Source of the DNA: Planctomycetota bacterium | GTDB lineage: Bacteria > Planctomycetota > UBA1135 > UBA2386 | Direction: 5' to 3' | DNA length: 64,000 nt | Assembly (NCBI GenBank): GCA_965228735.1 | Contig: OZ245838.1 | Coordinates: 6,144,001 to 6,208,000 of the forward strand | Shown: piece after piece, positions 1 through 8,848 of the stretch | Layout: every line of letters begins with the position of its first letter | Numbering within the stretch: position 1 is the first letter of the stretch | Notes under the pieces: model-generated | The model's database searches: none | What the model was told of the DNA's origin: nothing | Seen by the model: the letters and a program-made list of their open reading frames with translations, nothing else | Translations under genes and position numbers: made by a program

Positions 1-558
1 GAGCATGCGGCGAACGTTGGACCACGACGCCGTGTCGACGTCGGCCGCGAACGTCGACAGTGGGTTCCTGCCCGTGACGTAGAAGCCGCTCTCGGTGATC
101 GCCGCGTACGACTCGGAGTCCGGCTCGCGCAACATCTTGGACTCGGCGAGCGAGAGGCTCCGGCGTGCTCGCCGGCCGCCGATCTTGCCGCCGGCGCCGC
201 CGCCGAGCCCGACCGCGGAATTCCACTGGTTGGAGTCGAACGCGGACTCCTTCTTCCGGGCCGGCATCTCGGCCTCGACCGACCGGTCGACCTCCATCTC
301 CTCGAGGACGAACTCGCTCGTCGCCGGGGTATCGACCCTCGCGACTTCGGCCGGATTCGCGGCCGGAGCTGGTTGTGCGTCCTGCTGGGGTTTCTCTTGG
401 GGTTCTGGCGCGGTCGTCCCGCCGTCCGCGACGGGCGGCGTGACGCCGGAGTCGTCCGTGGGGGAGCTGTTGCAGCCCGAGAGGAGGAACAGGGCCGAGC
501 CGGCCAGCGCGGAGCCGGCCAGCGCGGCGGTGAACGACAGGGGACGTGGTTGCCTCAT
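1..558 (-). CDS. YfbK-like VWA-domain lipoprotein, 5' part only (runs off the window start)
   Basis: Not in the ORF track; translated by hand from ATG at 558: MRQPRPLSFTAALAGSALAGSALFLLSGC (lipobox) ... ESYAAITESGF...NPLSTFAADVDTASWSNVRRML. The last part resembles the N-terminal PLSTFxxDVDTASY motif of YfbK/DUF3520 proteins. Confidence 0.85.
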   Translation of the reverse strand, partial: MRQPRPLSFTAALAGSALAGSALFLLSGCNSSPTDDSGVTPPVADGGTTAPEPQEKPQQDAQPAPAANPAEVARVDTPATSEFVLEEMEVDRSVEAEMPARKKESAFDSNQWNSAVGLGGGAGGKIGGRRARRSLSLAESKMLREPDSESYAAITESGFYVTGRNPLSTFAADVDTASWSNVRRML

Positions 559-634
559 GGCGACCGGGAAACGCAGGCCCGCGGGTCTGGTTCGCGGGTT
601 TTCCGCGTTCGCGTTCCGCTGGCCGCGATGGGCC

Positions 635-2113
635 TCAGAGGTGGATCGTCACGGGGTGGGACAGCGAGAAGCCGATGTTGTTCGCCGCGGCCCAGGTCAC
701 GGTGAACGGAATGTTGGTGCCGCTGAACCCCGGCGGGATCGCCCACTCGCAGCGTTCGGGGTGGCCGTCGAACTGGAAGAACGGGCTCGCGGGATCCGGT
801 CGGCCGACGAACCCGAGGGTCACGTAGGGGCCGACCTGCGGCGGGCCGATCGTGACCGCGCACGCGGCGACGCCGGGAACCGGGTTGAATGGCGGCGGCC
901 AGCCCGTCATGTGACTCACGAGGAACTCGGTGTTGCTCGCGACGTCGAACAGCCGCGTCACGGACTGCCCGAGGTTGGTCGGCGCCGATGGCAGGAGCGG
1001 TTGCTGCGGTTCGCCGATCAGGCGGTAGAGCTGCAGCGACGCGGGGATCGCGGGCGCGCCCGGGTCGAGTGCGCAGATGCCGTCGAGGTCGTCGGGCGCC
1101 GCACCGACGCCGAGCGCCGTCGACACGGGACCGCCGCCGGCCGGCATGCGGTACTCGGTGTTGGTGCCCGAACCGAGGATCGACCAGAGCAGCGGCGGCA
1201 GCAGCGGCGAGGTCAGCGGGTCGCAGCTGAACAGCACCTCACCGCGAACGATGTCGACGGCGATCGCGTCGATGTCGTCCATGGCGGACAGGCCGAACGC
1301 GGCCGGCGGATACGCGACGACGACCGGGTCCCAGCCGCCGGCGCCGCCGCCGAGCGCCGGGTTCCACGTCGTCGAGAAGATCGTCGCGCCGCTCTGCAGG
1401 GCGGGGCCGGCCCACGCGGCCGGGATCGAACCGGCAGTCGCGTCGCTGACGCTGAAGTAGCAGGTCGGCGGCGGCAGCGTCGCCGCGAACTGCGGGTTGT
1501 CACGATAGACGAGGCCGATGAACAGGTCGTGTGCGTCGAGGTTGCCGATCGTTGCAGGCGGCGTGAACACGGAGATCTCGGTCGCATCGCGCGCGCGCTG
1601 CGGGATGCCGACGATCGCGGGCGGCAGCGCGCTGCCCGGCAGGATGTAGCTGAACACGTCGCCGGCCGCGCCGCTGGGCGTCGCGGCTTCCATCGCGACG
1701 AGCGAACCCGGCAAGCCGACGGTCGCGCGGCTCACGGTGTAGGTCAACGCGGCCCAGTTGCCGGGCGGCACCGTCATCGTGCCCGCCTGATCGCTCACGA
1801 CCCAGTCGAGGCCGATCGACAGCGCGTCGACCTCGAGCGCGGCCGGAATCGGCAGCGCCGCAAAGTCGGCGATGCCGGGCGGCGGCACGAACGGCGCGGG
1901 GAACGTCGCGTCGAAGCCCGTGCTGGCCGCGATGACGGTCGCGCCCGTGACCGGCTGGATGGCGGCCGTCGGGCCGTCGACCGAGAACCCCTGACTGACT
2001 CCCGTGAGCGGGCCGCTGGACTGCGCCGTCACCGAGCCGGCGCCCAGCAGGAGCACCCCGAGCAGCAGGAACGGTCCTGGCCGGGAGCGGGAGATGGTCG
2101 GGTCGGTGGTCAT
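635..2113 (-). CDS. Exported hypothetical protein with repeated D-x-D-A motifs
   Basis: 492 aa. Signal peptide FLLLGVLLLGAGSVTA-Q. Recurring EVDAL, NLDAH, DIDAI and DLDGI motifs. Co-oriented downstream of the kinase. Confidence 0.8.
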   Translation of the reverse strand: MTTDPTISRSRPGPFLLLGVLLLGAGSVTAQSSGPLTGVSQGFSVDGPTAAIQPVTGATVIAASTGFDATFPAPFVPPPGIADFAALPIPAALEVDALSIGLDWVVSDQAGTMTVPPGNWAALTYTVSRATVGLPGSLVAMEAATPSGAAGDVFSYILPGSALPPAIVGIPQRARDATEISVFTPPATIGNLDAHDLFIGLVYRDNPQFAATLPPPTCYFSVSDATAGSIPAAWAGPALQSGATIFSTTWNPALGGGAGGWDPVVVAYPPAAFGLSAMDDIDAIAVDIVRGEVLFSCDPLTSPLLPPLLWSILGSGTNTEYRMPAGGGPVSTALGVGAAPDDLDGICALDPGAPAIPASLQLYRLIGEPQQPLLPSAPTNLGQSVTRLFDVASNTEFLVSHMTGWPPPFNPVPGVAACAVTIGPPQVGPYVTLGFVGRPDPASPFFQFDGHPERCEWAIPPGFSGTNIPFTVTWAAANNIGFSLSHPVTIHL

Positions 2114-2135
2114 GGCGGGCCTCGTCGAGAGCAGT

Positions 2136-2168
2136 GGATTCGTGCTGGGGATTCGTGCTGGGGATTCG
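2136..2168. repeat. Short tandem repeat, 13-bp unit GGATTCGTGCTGG, about 2.5 copies
   Basis: Read directly in the intergenic gap between the kinase and the exported protein. Confidence 0.8.
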
Positions 2169-2188
2169 GGCAGCGGGATGCAGGGCGG

Positions 2189-4747
2189 TCAGCGGCGTTG
2201 CTTCTGGGTCGCGCGCAGGGCGTCGCGATGCTTCAGGATGTCCTTCTTGCCGGGCGCGAGCTGCGCCGCGATCTCGAGCAGGAAGAGCCGCACCTCGTCG
2301 CGCAGCAGGTCGTCGAACGGCAGCCCCTCGAGCAGCTTCACGAGGTTGCTGAGCTGCTGCGGGTTGGTCGCGTCGCGGCGCAGGCGCAGCATGTGCACGA
2401 TCGCCGCGATGCGCCGGTCTTCGTGGGCGAGCGCTTTGGCGTAGCTGATCGCCGCCGGGATCGCGGCGGGTCGCGGGTGGCGCGTCACGGCGGGCGGTTC
2501 GGCCGCGACTACTGCGGCTTCGAAGTGCGCGAGCGCGTTCTCGGCGTGGGCGATGCGCGCGGCGTCGTCCGCGCCCGCGAGGATCGCGCGTTCGAGATCG
2601 ACGTTGCCGAGCTCGTGTTCGCGGTAGGCGACGTCCGTCATCTCGGCGAGCGTCGCCTCGGCCAGTTCGCGGTCGCCGAGCGCGCGCTGGGCCTGCGCGA
2701 GGTTGGCGCGGCTGTTCGCGAACCACGGGCGGAACGACACGGCCCGTTCGAGTGCCGTGCGCGCCGCCTCGAGCTCGCCCGAGCGCAGCAGCGCGAGCCC
2801 GAGGTTGTTCCACGGCCCGTGGCGGTCGGGTCGCAGTTCGAGCGAGCGGCGGCAGAGCGGGACGGCGCGTTCGTAGTCGCGGCGCATGAGGCTCGCGACG
2901 GCGCGGATGTGCAGCGTGCGCGCGGTCTCGAAGCCGTAGTGGCCCTCGAGCCACGCGGCTTCGCTCAGCAGCTCGTCCGGGTCGGGGCGCCGCTGCCCCG
3001 CGAGCGCCAGCAAACGAAGATCGCGCGCGGGCACGAACCCGTCGTCGCAGCGCGCGAGCAGTTCGGCGGCGCGAGCGAAGTCCCAGGCGCGCAGCGCGTG
3101 GAAGCCTGCGACGAAGAAGTCGGGGCCCGTCGTCGGCTCGGGCAGTCCCGTCAGGTCGATGCTCGTCGGCGTCGTCGCTTCGTCGGCCATGGCTGTGGCC
3201 TCGTAGCGTTCGGCAACGGCGAGCAGATAGGGACTGTCGGCGAGACGCTGCACCTGCCGGAAGTCGTCGGCAGCGCCCGCGCGATCGCCGCCGTCCAGGC
3301 GCTCGGCCGCGCGCATGAGCCGCACGTAGAGGTCGGTCGCGTCGAGTTCGAGCAGGCGGTCGAGCTCGGAGGTCACGCGCTCGCGTTCTCCGATCGGCAC
3401 GAGCGGCCGCAGATCGGGCCAGCCTTCGAGCGCGAGGTCACCGGGCAGGCGCGCGAAGATGCGGCCGGCTTCTGCGTCCTGCTCGCGCGCCTCGACCGTG
3501 GCCCAGAGCGGCAGCAACACGCTGAACGTCACGACGAGGAGGGCGGCGAGCAGCACCGACCCGGTGCGGGCCGGCTGTCGGCGGCAGCTGCGCAGGAACC
3601 GCCGGGTGCCGCTGATGGGTCGCGCCTGCACGGGGCGATGTTCGAGGAACGCGCGGACGTCGTTCCCGAGCTGCGCGACGTCGGGGTAGCGGCGCGTGAG
3701 GTCGTGCTCGAGTCCGTGATCGAGGATGGCCGCGAGATCGCGCGGCAGGCCGCGGTGCAGCCACGCGGCGGGGGTCGGATCGCTCGTCCGCACGGCGACG
3801 AGGACGGTCTGCAGGTCGCCTTCGTGCGGCGGCTGCAGCGTGAGCAGGTGATAGAGCGTCGCCGTCAGGCCGTAGACGTCGAGCGACGGGCGCGGTTCGG
3901 CCCGACCGCTCGCCTGCTCGGGCGCCATGTAGCACGGCGTGCCGACGATCGCGTGCGGCAACGTCATCGCGGCGTCGCCCTCGCGCGCGGCGATGCCGAA
4001 GTCGAGCAGCACCGCGGTGCCGTCCAGGCGGATGAACACGTTCGACGGTTTGATGTCGCGGTGGTAGACGCCGGCCGCGTGCGCGGCCTGCAGCCCGCGC
4101 GCGAGCTGCTCGATCCACACGACGATCTGACGCAGGTACGACGACTCGAGTTCGGCGTCGGGCAGCAGCTCGCGCAGCCAGTCGGTGGCGCGGAACGTCG
4201 CGCTGCTGGGTCCGCCCGTCGCGCCCATCGCGGCGTGCGAACGTTCGAGGATCGTCTGCAGGCTCACGCCGTCGAGCAGCTCCGTGACGAGGAACGGCGC
4301 ACCGTCTGCGGCCGTTCCCTGGTCGTAGATCCGCACGATGTGGCGGTGTTCGTGTTGCGCGAGCACCTCGGCCTCACGGCGGAAGCGGGCTTCGACCTCG
4401 GGCGCGCTGAACAGGCCGTGATGCAGCAGCTTGACGGCGACGTCGCGGCCGAGCCGTTCGTCGTGCGCGCGAAACACCATGCCGACGGCGCCTTGGCCGA
4501 TGCACTCGACGAGGCGGTAGCGCTCCGCGAGCACGCGCCCGCGCGGATCGTCGACGGGTGCGGCCGGGCCGGCGGCGCGGTCGTGCAGACCCGCGAGATC
4601 GGACCGCAGTCCGAGCGCGTCGCGCACGAGCGGCAGGACGTGCGGATGCGCCGCGCACAGCGCGTCGACGTCGACGGGTTCGCCCGCAGCCCGCAGCTCG
4701 AGTGCGCGCGCGAGATGCTCGGCGACGAGATCTTCGTCGGCGCTCAC
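2189..4747 (-). CDS. Hanks-type Ser/Thr protein kinase with a TM segment and C-terminal TPRs
   Basis: Motifs IGQGAVG, VAVK, HRDIKPSN, DFG, GTPCYMAPEQ. TM VLLAALLVVTFSVLLPLW. TPR-like segment PWNNLGLALLRSGELEAA. Start overlaps the sigma factor stop (GTGA). Confidence 0.95.
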   Translation of the reverse strand: MSADEDLVAEHLARALELRAAGEPVDVDALCAAHPHVLPLVRDALGLRSDLAGLHDRAAGPAAPVDDPRGRVLAERYRLVECIGQGAVGMVFRAHDERLGRDVAVKLLHHGLFSAPEVEARFRREAEVLAQHEHRHIVRIYDQGTAADGAPFLVTELLDGVSLQTILERSHAAMGATGGPSSATFRATDWLRELLPDAELESSYLRQIVVWIEQLARGLQAAHAAGVYHRDIKPSNVFIRLDGTAVLLDFGIAAREGDAAMTLPHAIVGTPCYMAPEQASGRAEPRPSLDVYGLTATLYHLLTLQPPHEGDLQTVLVAVRTSDPTPAAWLHRGLPRDLAAILDHGLEHDLTRRYPDVAQLGNDVRAFLEHRPVQARPISGTRRFLRSCRRQPARTGSVLLAALLVVTFSVLLPLWATVEAREQDAEAGRIFARLPGDLALEGWPDLRPLVPIGERERVTSELDRLLELDATDLYVRLMRAAERLDGGDRAGAADDFRQVQRLADSPYLLAVAERYEATAMADEATTPTSIDLTGLPEPTTGPDFFVAGFHALRAWDFARAAELLARCDDGFVPARDLRLLALAGQRRPDPDELLSEAAWLEGHYGFETARTLHIRAVASLMRRDYERAVPLCRRSLELRPDRHGPWNNLGLALLRSGELEAARTALERAVSFRPWFANSRANLAQAQRALGDRELAEATLAEMTDVAYREHELGNVDLERAILAGADDAARIAHAENALAHFEAAVVAAEPPAVTRHPRPAAIPAAISYAKALAHEDRRIAAIVHMLRLRRDATNPQQLSNLVKLLEGLPFDDLLRDEVRLFLLEIAAQLAPGKKDILKHRDALRATQKQRR

Positions 4748-5358
4748 TGCGGGCCTCCGGCGAGCCCGCGTTGCCGCAGCCGCAGCAGGAGCCGTGCCTC
4801 GGCGGTGTGGAACGCCTTCCGCGCCGCGTCGGGCGACGGGTAGGCCAGCCGTTCGGCGAGCTCCGCGAACTCGGTCTGGTCCTCGAGCCGCAGCGCGAGC
4901 AGCGCGCGTTCGCGTTCGCCGAACGTGGCCAGCACTTCGCGGTAGATCTCGATCTCCTCCTGGTTGGAGGCGAGCGTGCCGGGGCCATGTTGGCCGGAGG
5001 CGGCGCCGACCGTCACGGGCCCAGCACTGCCCTCGCGGCGGACGTCGCGGCGCGCGGCCTGGCTGCGGCGCACCTGGTCGATGACCCGGTGCTCGACGAG
5101 CGTCGCGAGCAGCGCCATGAACGCGGCTTCACTGTCGCCGTCCCAGCGGTCGAGCCCGCGCAGGACCTCGACGAACACCTCCTGCACGAAGTCGCCCGTG
5201 CTGAGTTGGCGCAGGACCGCGTGCTGCTGCGGTCGCAGGCGCGACTGCAGCTGCCGGTGCACCATCGCGGCGACCCGCTCGTAGTAGCGGGCGACGAGCT
5301 CGCTGCGAGCCTGGGCATCACCGGCCCGCGCCTGTTCGAGTAGCGCGACGAGGTCCAT
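4744..5358 (-). CDS. ECF RNA polymerase sigma-70 factor
   Basis: Start taken at MDLVALLEQARAGD. Region 2 DFVQEVF...LATLVEHRVIDQVRR. Region 4 FAELAERLAYPSPDAARKAFHTA. Confidence 0.9.
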   Translation of the reverse strand: MDLVALLEQARAGDAQARSELVARYYERVAAMVHRQLQSRLRPQQHAVLRQLSTGDFVQEVFVEVLRGLDRWDGDSEAAFMALLATLVEHRVIDQVRRSQAARRDVRREGSAGPVTVGAASGQHGPGTLASNQEEIEIYREVLATFGERERALLALRLEDQTEFAELAERLAYPSPDAARKAFHTAEARLLLRLRQRGLAGGPQ

Positions 5359-5495
5359 GCAGACCAGTATCGGGCCCGTGGGGCTCGAAGGGCAGGGGGG
5401 AGGCGGGAGTACGGCGGTAGTGGTCACGTTCTCCTGACCGGCAGGGCCTGGAGCCAGCGGAACGATTCTCGTGAGAATTGTGGCATGCTGCTGCC

Positions 5496-6278
5496 GTGCC
5501 ATCGCCGGTTGCCCGCATCGTCAGTCTCGTCCCGAGCACCACCGAGAGCGTCTGCGCGCTCGGGCGCGCGGACGGACTCGTCGGCTGCACCCGGTTCTGC
5601 ACGGAGCCCGCGGGCGAGCTGGCGGCGGTCGAGCGCGTCGGCGGCACCAAGAACCCCGACCTCGAGCAGATCGCCCGGCTTGCGCCCGACCTCGTGCTCG
5701 TCAACGCCGAGGAGAACGAGCTCGAGCACATCGCTTGGCTGCGCGAACGGTTCACGGTGCTCCAGCAGACGCCGTGCACCGTGCGCGAGGCCGCGGCCGA
5801 ACTGCGCGAACTCGCGTTGCGACTCGACGCCCTGCCCGCGGTCCAGCCGTTCCTGCTGCGCATCGAGGCGCAGCTCGCGGCCGCCGAGGTCGCGCGCCTC
5901 GACCGGCCGCCGCTGCGCGCGTTCTACGCGATCTGGCGCAAGCCGTGGATGAGCGTCAACGGTCGGACGTTCATCCATGACATGCTGACGGTCGCGGGCG
6001 CGGTCAACGTCTGCGCCGAGGAACCCGACCGCTATCCGGAGATGGCGCTCGACGAGGTGCGGCGGCGGCGACCCGAGGTCGTCCTGCTGCCGAGCGAGCC
6101 GTGGGTGTTCGACGCGGAGCAACGCGACGAACTGCGCGCCGCCGGCCCGTTCGCGCCGGCAGTGCTGCAACTCTGCGACGGCCGCGACTTCTGCTGGCAC
6201 GGCGTGCGCATGGCCGACGGCATCGGCCGCGCCGCCGCGGTCATCGCGCGAGCTGCCGCCGGATCCGATCGAACGTGA
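5496..6278 (+). CDS. Helical-backbone metal/cobalamin-binding protein (BtuF/TroA-like)
   Basis: Motifs RIVSLVPSTTE, VGCTRFC, VGGTKNPD, PDLVLVNAEEN, IWRKPWM, LLPSEPW. Start codon uncertain (GTG 5496 or TTG 5478). Confidence 0.88.
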   Translation: MPSPVARIVSLVPSTTESVCALGRADGLVGCTRFCTEPAGELAAVERVGGTKNPDLEQIARLAPDLVLVNAEENELEHIAWLRERFTVLQQTPCTVREAAAELRELALRLDALPAVQPFLLRIEAQLAAAEVARLDRPPLRAFYAIWRKPWMSVNGRTFIHDMLTVAGAVNVCAEEPDRYPEMALDEVRRRRPEVVLLPSEPWVFDAEQRDELRAAGPFAPAVLQLCDGRDFCWHGVRMADGIGRAAAVIARAAAGSDRT

Positions 6279-7278
6279 CGGGCTCGACACGGGCCTCTCC
6301 GATACCGATAGGGAGGGCGAACTGCACGCCGTCGCCCGCGGCCTTCTTGTCGCGCTTGACGAACGTCATCAGGTCGTCCGTCGGCGGCAGCGGATCGCGC
6401 TCGTAGCCGAAGCGCTGCAGCAGCGCGCGGCAGCGTTCGAGGTCGGTAGCGGACATCGCGTCGAGGTCGTGCGCGAGTTCGAGTGCGAAGTGCAGGCCGC
6501 GGGCGACGCAGAGGCCGTGCGCGAGCTTGCCCTTCTGATGCGCCTCGATCGCGTGGCCGAGCGTGTGCCCGAGGTTGAGCAGGCGGCGACGGCCGCCCTC
6601 GTGCAGGTCGCCTTCGACGATGCCGATCTTGCCACGGATTGACCGCTCGACGACGTCGAGCAGGACGTCGGGGTCACGCGCGAGCACCGCGTCCGCCTCG
6701 TTCTCGAGCAGCTCGAACAGCTCGCGGTCGACGCCGATCGCCATCTTCACCGCCTCGGCGAGCCCGCTGCGGAACTCGGAGTCGGGCAGCGTCGCCGCGA
6801 AGTCGATGTCGATCACGATGCGGCTCGCGGGATGCACGGTGCCGGCGAGGTTCTTGCCCTCGGGCAGGTTGACCGCGGTCTTGCCCCCGACCGCGCTGTC
6901 GACCATCGCGAGCAACGTCGTCGGCACCTGCCAGAGCTCGATGCCGCGCATGAACAGCGACGCGCAGAAGCCGCCCGCGTCGCCGACCGCGCCGCCGCCG
7001 AGCGCGATCAGCAGACCGTTGCGATCGAGGCCGGCCGTGACCATCGCGCGCAGCACGGGCTCGCAGGCGGACAGCGTCTTCTGCTCGTCGCCTGGCCTGG
7101 CGATGTGGCGGTGCCACGCCGCGTCGAGCGCTGGGTGATCCGCGAGGAACGCGTCGACGAGGGCGAACACGCGGCGGTCACGGCACGCCGCGGCGAGGTC
7201 GGCGGCGAGTCCGCGGCCGAGTCGCACCTCCGAAGCCGGTTCTCCCGGCGGACGACAGTGCAGCAGCCGCGCGTTCAT
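6241..7278 (-). CDS. aroB: 3-dehydroquinate synthase
   Basis: Motifs ALGGGAVGD, PTTLLAMVDSAVGGKTAVN, GKNLAG, GLAEAVK, LNLGHTLGHAIE, DKK. Confidence 0.96.
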   Translation of the reverse strand: MNARLLHCRPPGEPASEVRLGRGLAADLAAACRDRRVFALVDAFLADHPALDAAWHRHIARPGDEQKTLSACEPVLRAMVTAGLDRNGLLIALGGGAVGDAGGFCASLFMRGIELWQVPTTLLAMVDSAVGGKTAVNLPEGKNLAGTVHPASRIVIDIDFAATLPDSEFRSGLAEAVKMAIGVDRELFELLENEADAVLARDPDVLLDVVERSIRGKIGIVEGDLHEGGRRRLLNLGHTLGHAIEAHQKGKLAHGLCVARGLHFALELAHDLDAMSATDLERCRALLQRFGYERDPLPPTDDLMTFVKRDKKAAGDGVQFALPIGIGEARVEPVTFDRIRRQLAR

Positions 7279-7320
7279 GCGGCCCTGTCTACAGCGTGCG
7301 GGGGAATCAGACTACCGCCG

Positions 7321-8712
7321 TTACCCGAGGGGCGGGGGGCCGCCGATGTCACCCGTCGGCAGGTCACCGCCGCCGGCAGCGGCCGCCGTCGCCCGGTTCT
7401 GGCGTCGCCGCCGGCGCGCGGCCATCTGCTCGGCGTGGCGCTCGCTCTGCGTCTTCGCACGCCGTTGGGCCACGAAGATCATCAGGAGCATCACGAGCAG
7501 CGCGGAGCCGATGACGAACCCGAGCGACTCCATCGTCTCGTCGACCCCGAGGTCGTAGGGATCGAGGGTGGCCGCGACGAACAACGGCGCCCGTCGCTTG
7601 ACGTTGTCGAGGCTCTCGTAGGCCCACCAACGGTAGTAGTAGCCGCGCACCTCGAGGTCGGTGCCGATCGGCATGTCGGACAGGCGCTCGGGCAACCAGA
7701 CGGGCACGATGAGGCCCCCGTAGTCCGTGACCTGCAGGTAGGCCATCGTCCAGTAGTCGACGCCGATCGGGTTGGGCGGCGCGGCGATGGCGCGCCGCTT
7801 CTTCAGCGTGCCGAGGATGCGGATCGGCTGACCGCGTGCGACCTTGCCGTTCACGAGCTTTTCGTGCCACTCGGCGTGGTTGAGCACCGGGTGCTTGCGC
7901 CAGTCCTCGAGGGTCTTGAGCGGGCGGGTGTCACGGGCGAACGCGGCGAGGTGCCACAGCGGCGGGCCCTGATCGTCCTCGACGTCGAGCCACATGAGCG
8001 ATCCCGGGAACGGGTCCTCGTCGTCGAGGCCTTCGTAGATCGTTGGGTCGAACTCGGTGACCGGACCCCAGCGTCGGTAGTCGCGCACGATCTCGCGCCC
8101 GACGAGCAGCGGTACCTGATCGAGCGCGCGCGGATACGTCGTGTCGCGCAGCTTGAGGAAGAAGCCCTCGACGCGCACGATCCCGCCGCGCCGCACCTCG
8201 TCGTCCTCGTTCAACGAGAAGTGCGCCATCACGCGTTCGTCGTCGTCGAGGCGCACCGTGGCTTCGTAGATCTTGTAGCCCTCGACCGGGTGCCCTTCCT
8301 TGGGCCCGTGCAGCTCTTCGAGCTCGCCCTTGAACCACAGCCAGCGGCCGCGCCAGGTGTCGGGCTCGGCGCGCAGATCGGTGAGCGGAACGGGTTGTTC
8401 GGGTCGGCCGAGCGCGAGCGCCGCGGCCGGACTCACGTCGATCGCCTTCTCGAGCAGGTGCCGCAGCGGCTCGGGCTGGATCACGAGGCGTTGCTCGCGC
8501 GTGTCGTCCTTCGCTGCCGCGACGATCTCGTCGTCGAGCTGCGGCACGACGACGCCGACGCCGGTCTCCGGCGGCGGTGCTGGCCTGGTGTCCTCGCCGA
8601 CCGCGTCGAACACGACGTAGTAGGCCGCCGCCGCGACGAACACCGCGAGGACGCTCAGCCGGATGATGGGCGGGATCCGGAACTGCCAGGGGGCACGACC
8701 ATTCGCGAGCAT
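7321..8712 (-). CDS. Membrane-anchored hypothetical protein with an internally duplicated beta-rich (OB-like) domain
   Basis: N- and C-terminal TM helices. Two similar segments: RGRWLWFKG...VRVEGFFLK...PLLVG and RGQPIRILG...LEVRGYYYR...PLFVA. Start uncertain. Confidence 0.8.
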   Translation of the reverse strand: MLANGRAPWQFRIPPIIRLSVLAVFVAAAAYYVVFDAVGEDTRPAPPPETGVGVVVPQLDDEIVAAAKDDTREQRLVIQPEPLRHLLEKAIDVSPAAALALGRPEQPVPLTDLRAEPDTWRGRWLWFKGELEELHGPKEGHPVEGYKIYEATVRLDDDERVMAHFSLNEDDEVRRGGIVRVEGFFLKLRDTTYPRALDQVPLLVGREIVRDYRRWGPVTEFDPTIYEGLDDEDPFPGSLMWLDVEDDQGPPLWHLAAFARDTRPLKTLEDWRKHPVLNHAEWHEKLVNGKVARGQPIRILGTLKKRRAIAAPPNPIGVDYWTMAYLQVTDYGGLIVPVWLPERLSDMPIGTDLEVRGYYYRWWAYESLDNVKRRAPLFVAATLDPYDLGVDETMESLGFVIGSALLVMLLMIFVAQRRAKTQSERHAEQMAARRRRRQNRATAAAAGGGDLPTGDIGGPPPLG

Positions 8713-8832
8713 CAGCACGCGGAGGATAACGGGCGGAACGGGCCGGTGGTTTGGATTCACTGCCCGAAACGGGGCGCAAATCCGTGTGCCGGTCGTCGGG
8801 GGTTGCGGTCCGGGGCGGGCCGCGCGACAATA

Positions 8833-8847
8833 CTTTGCAATGCAAAG
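8833..8847. promoter_or_regulatory. Palindrome CTTTGCA-A-TGCAAAG, putative operator
   Basis: Perfect 7-1-7 AT-rich inverted repeat between divergent genes, ending 1 nt before the ATG at 8849. Confidence 0.55.
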
Positions 8848-8848
8848 C

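Noticed and set aside
95..4843. 1582-aa plus-strand ORF
   Set aside because: Antisense shadow of four minus-strand genes with clear motifs. It is Arg/Ala-rich with no domain, as expected from stop-codon scarcity at high GC.
5359..5495. Cobalamin riboswitch upstream of the BtuF-like gene
   Set aside because: The gap is short and shared with a divergent promoter, and I see no B12-box.
5481..5495. TGGCATGCTGCTGC as a sigma54 promoter
   Set aside because: The GG-to-GC spacing is 9 nt rather than the required 10.
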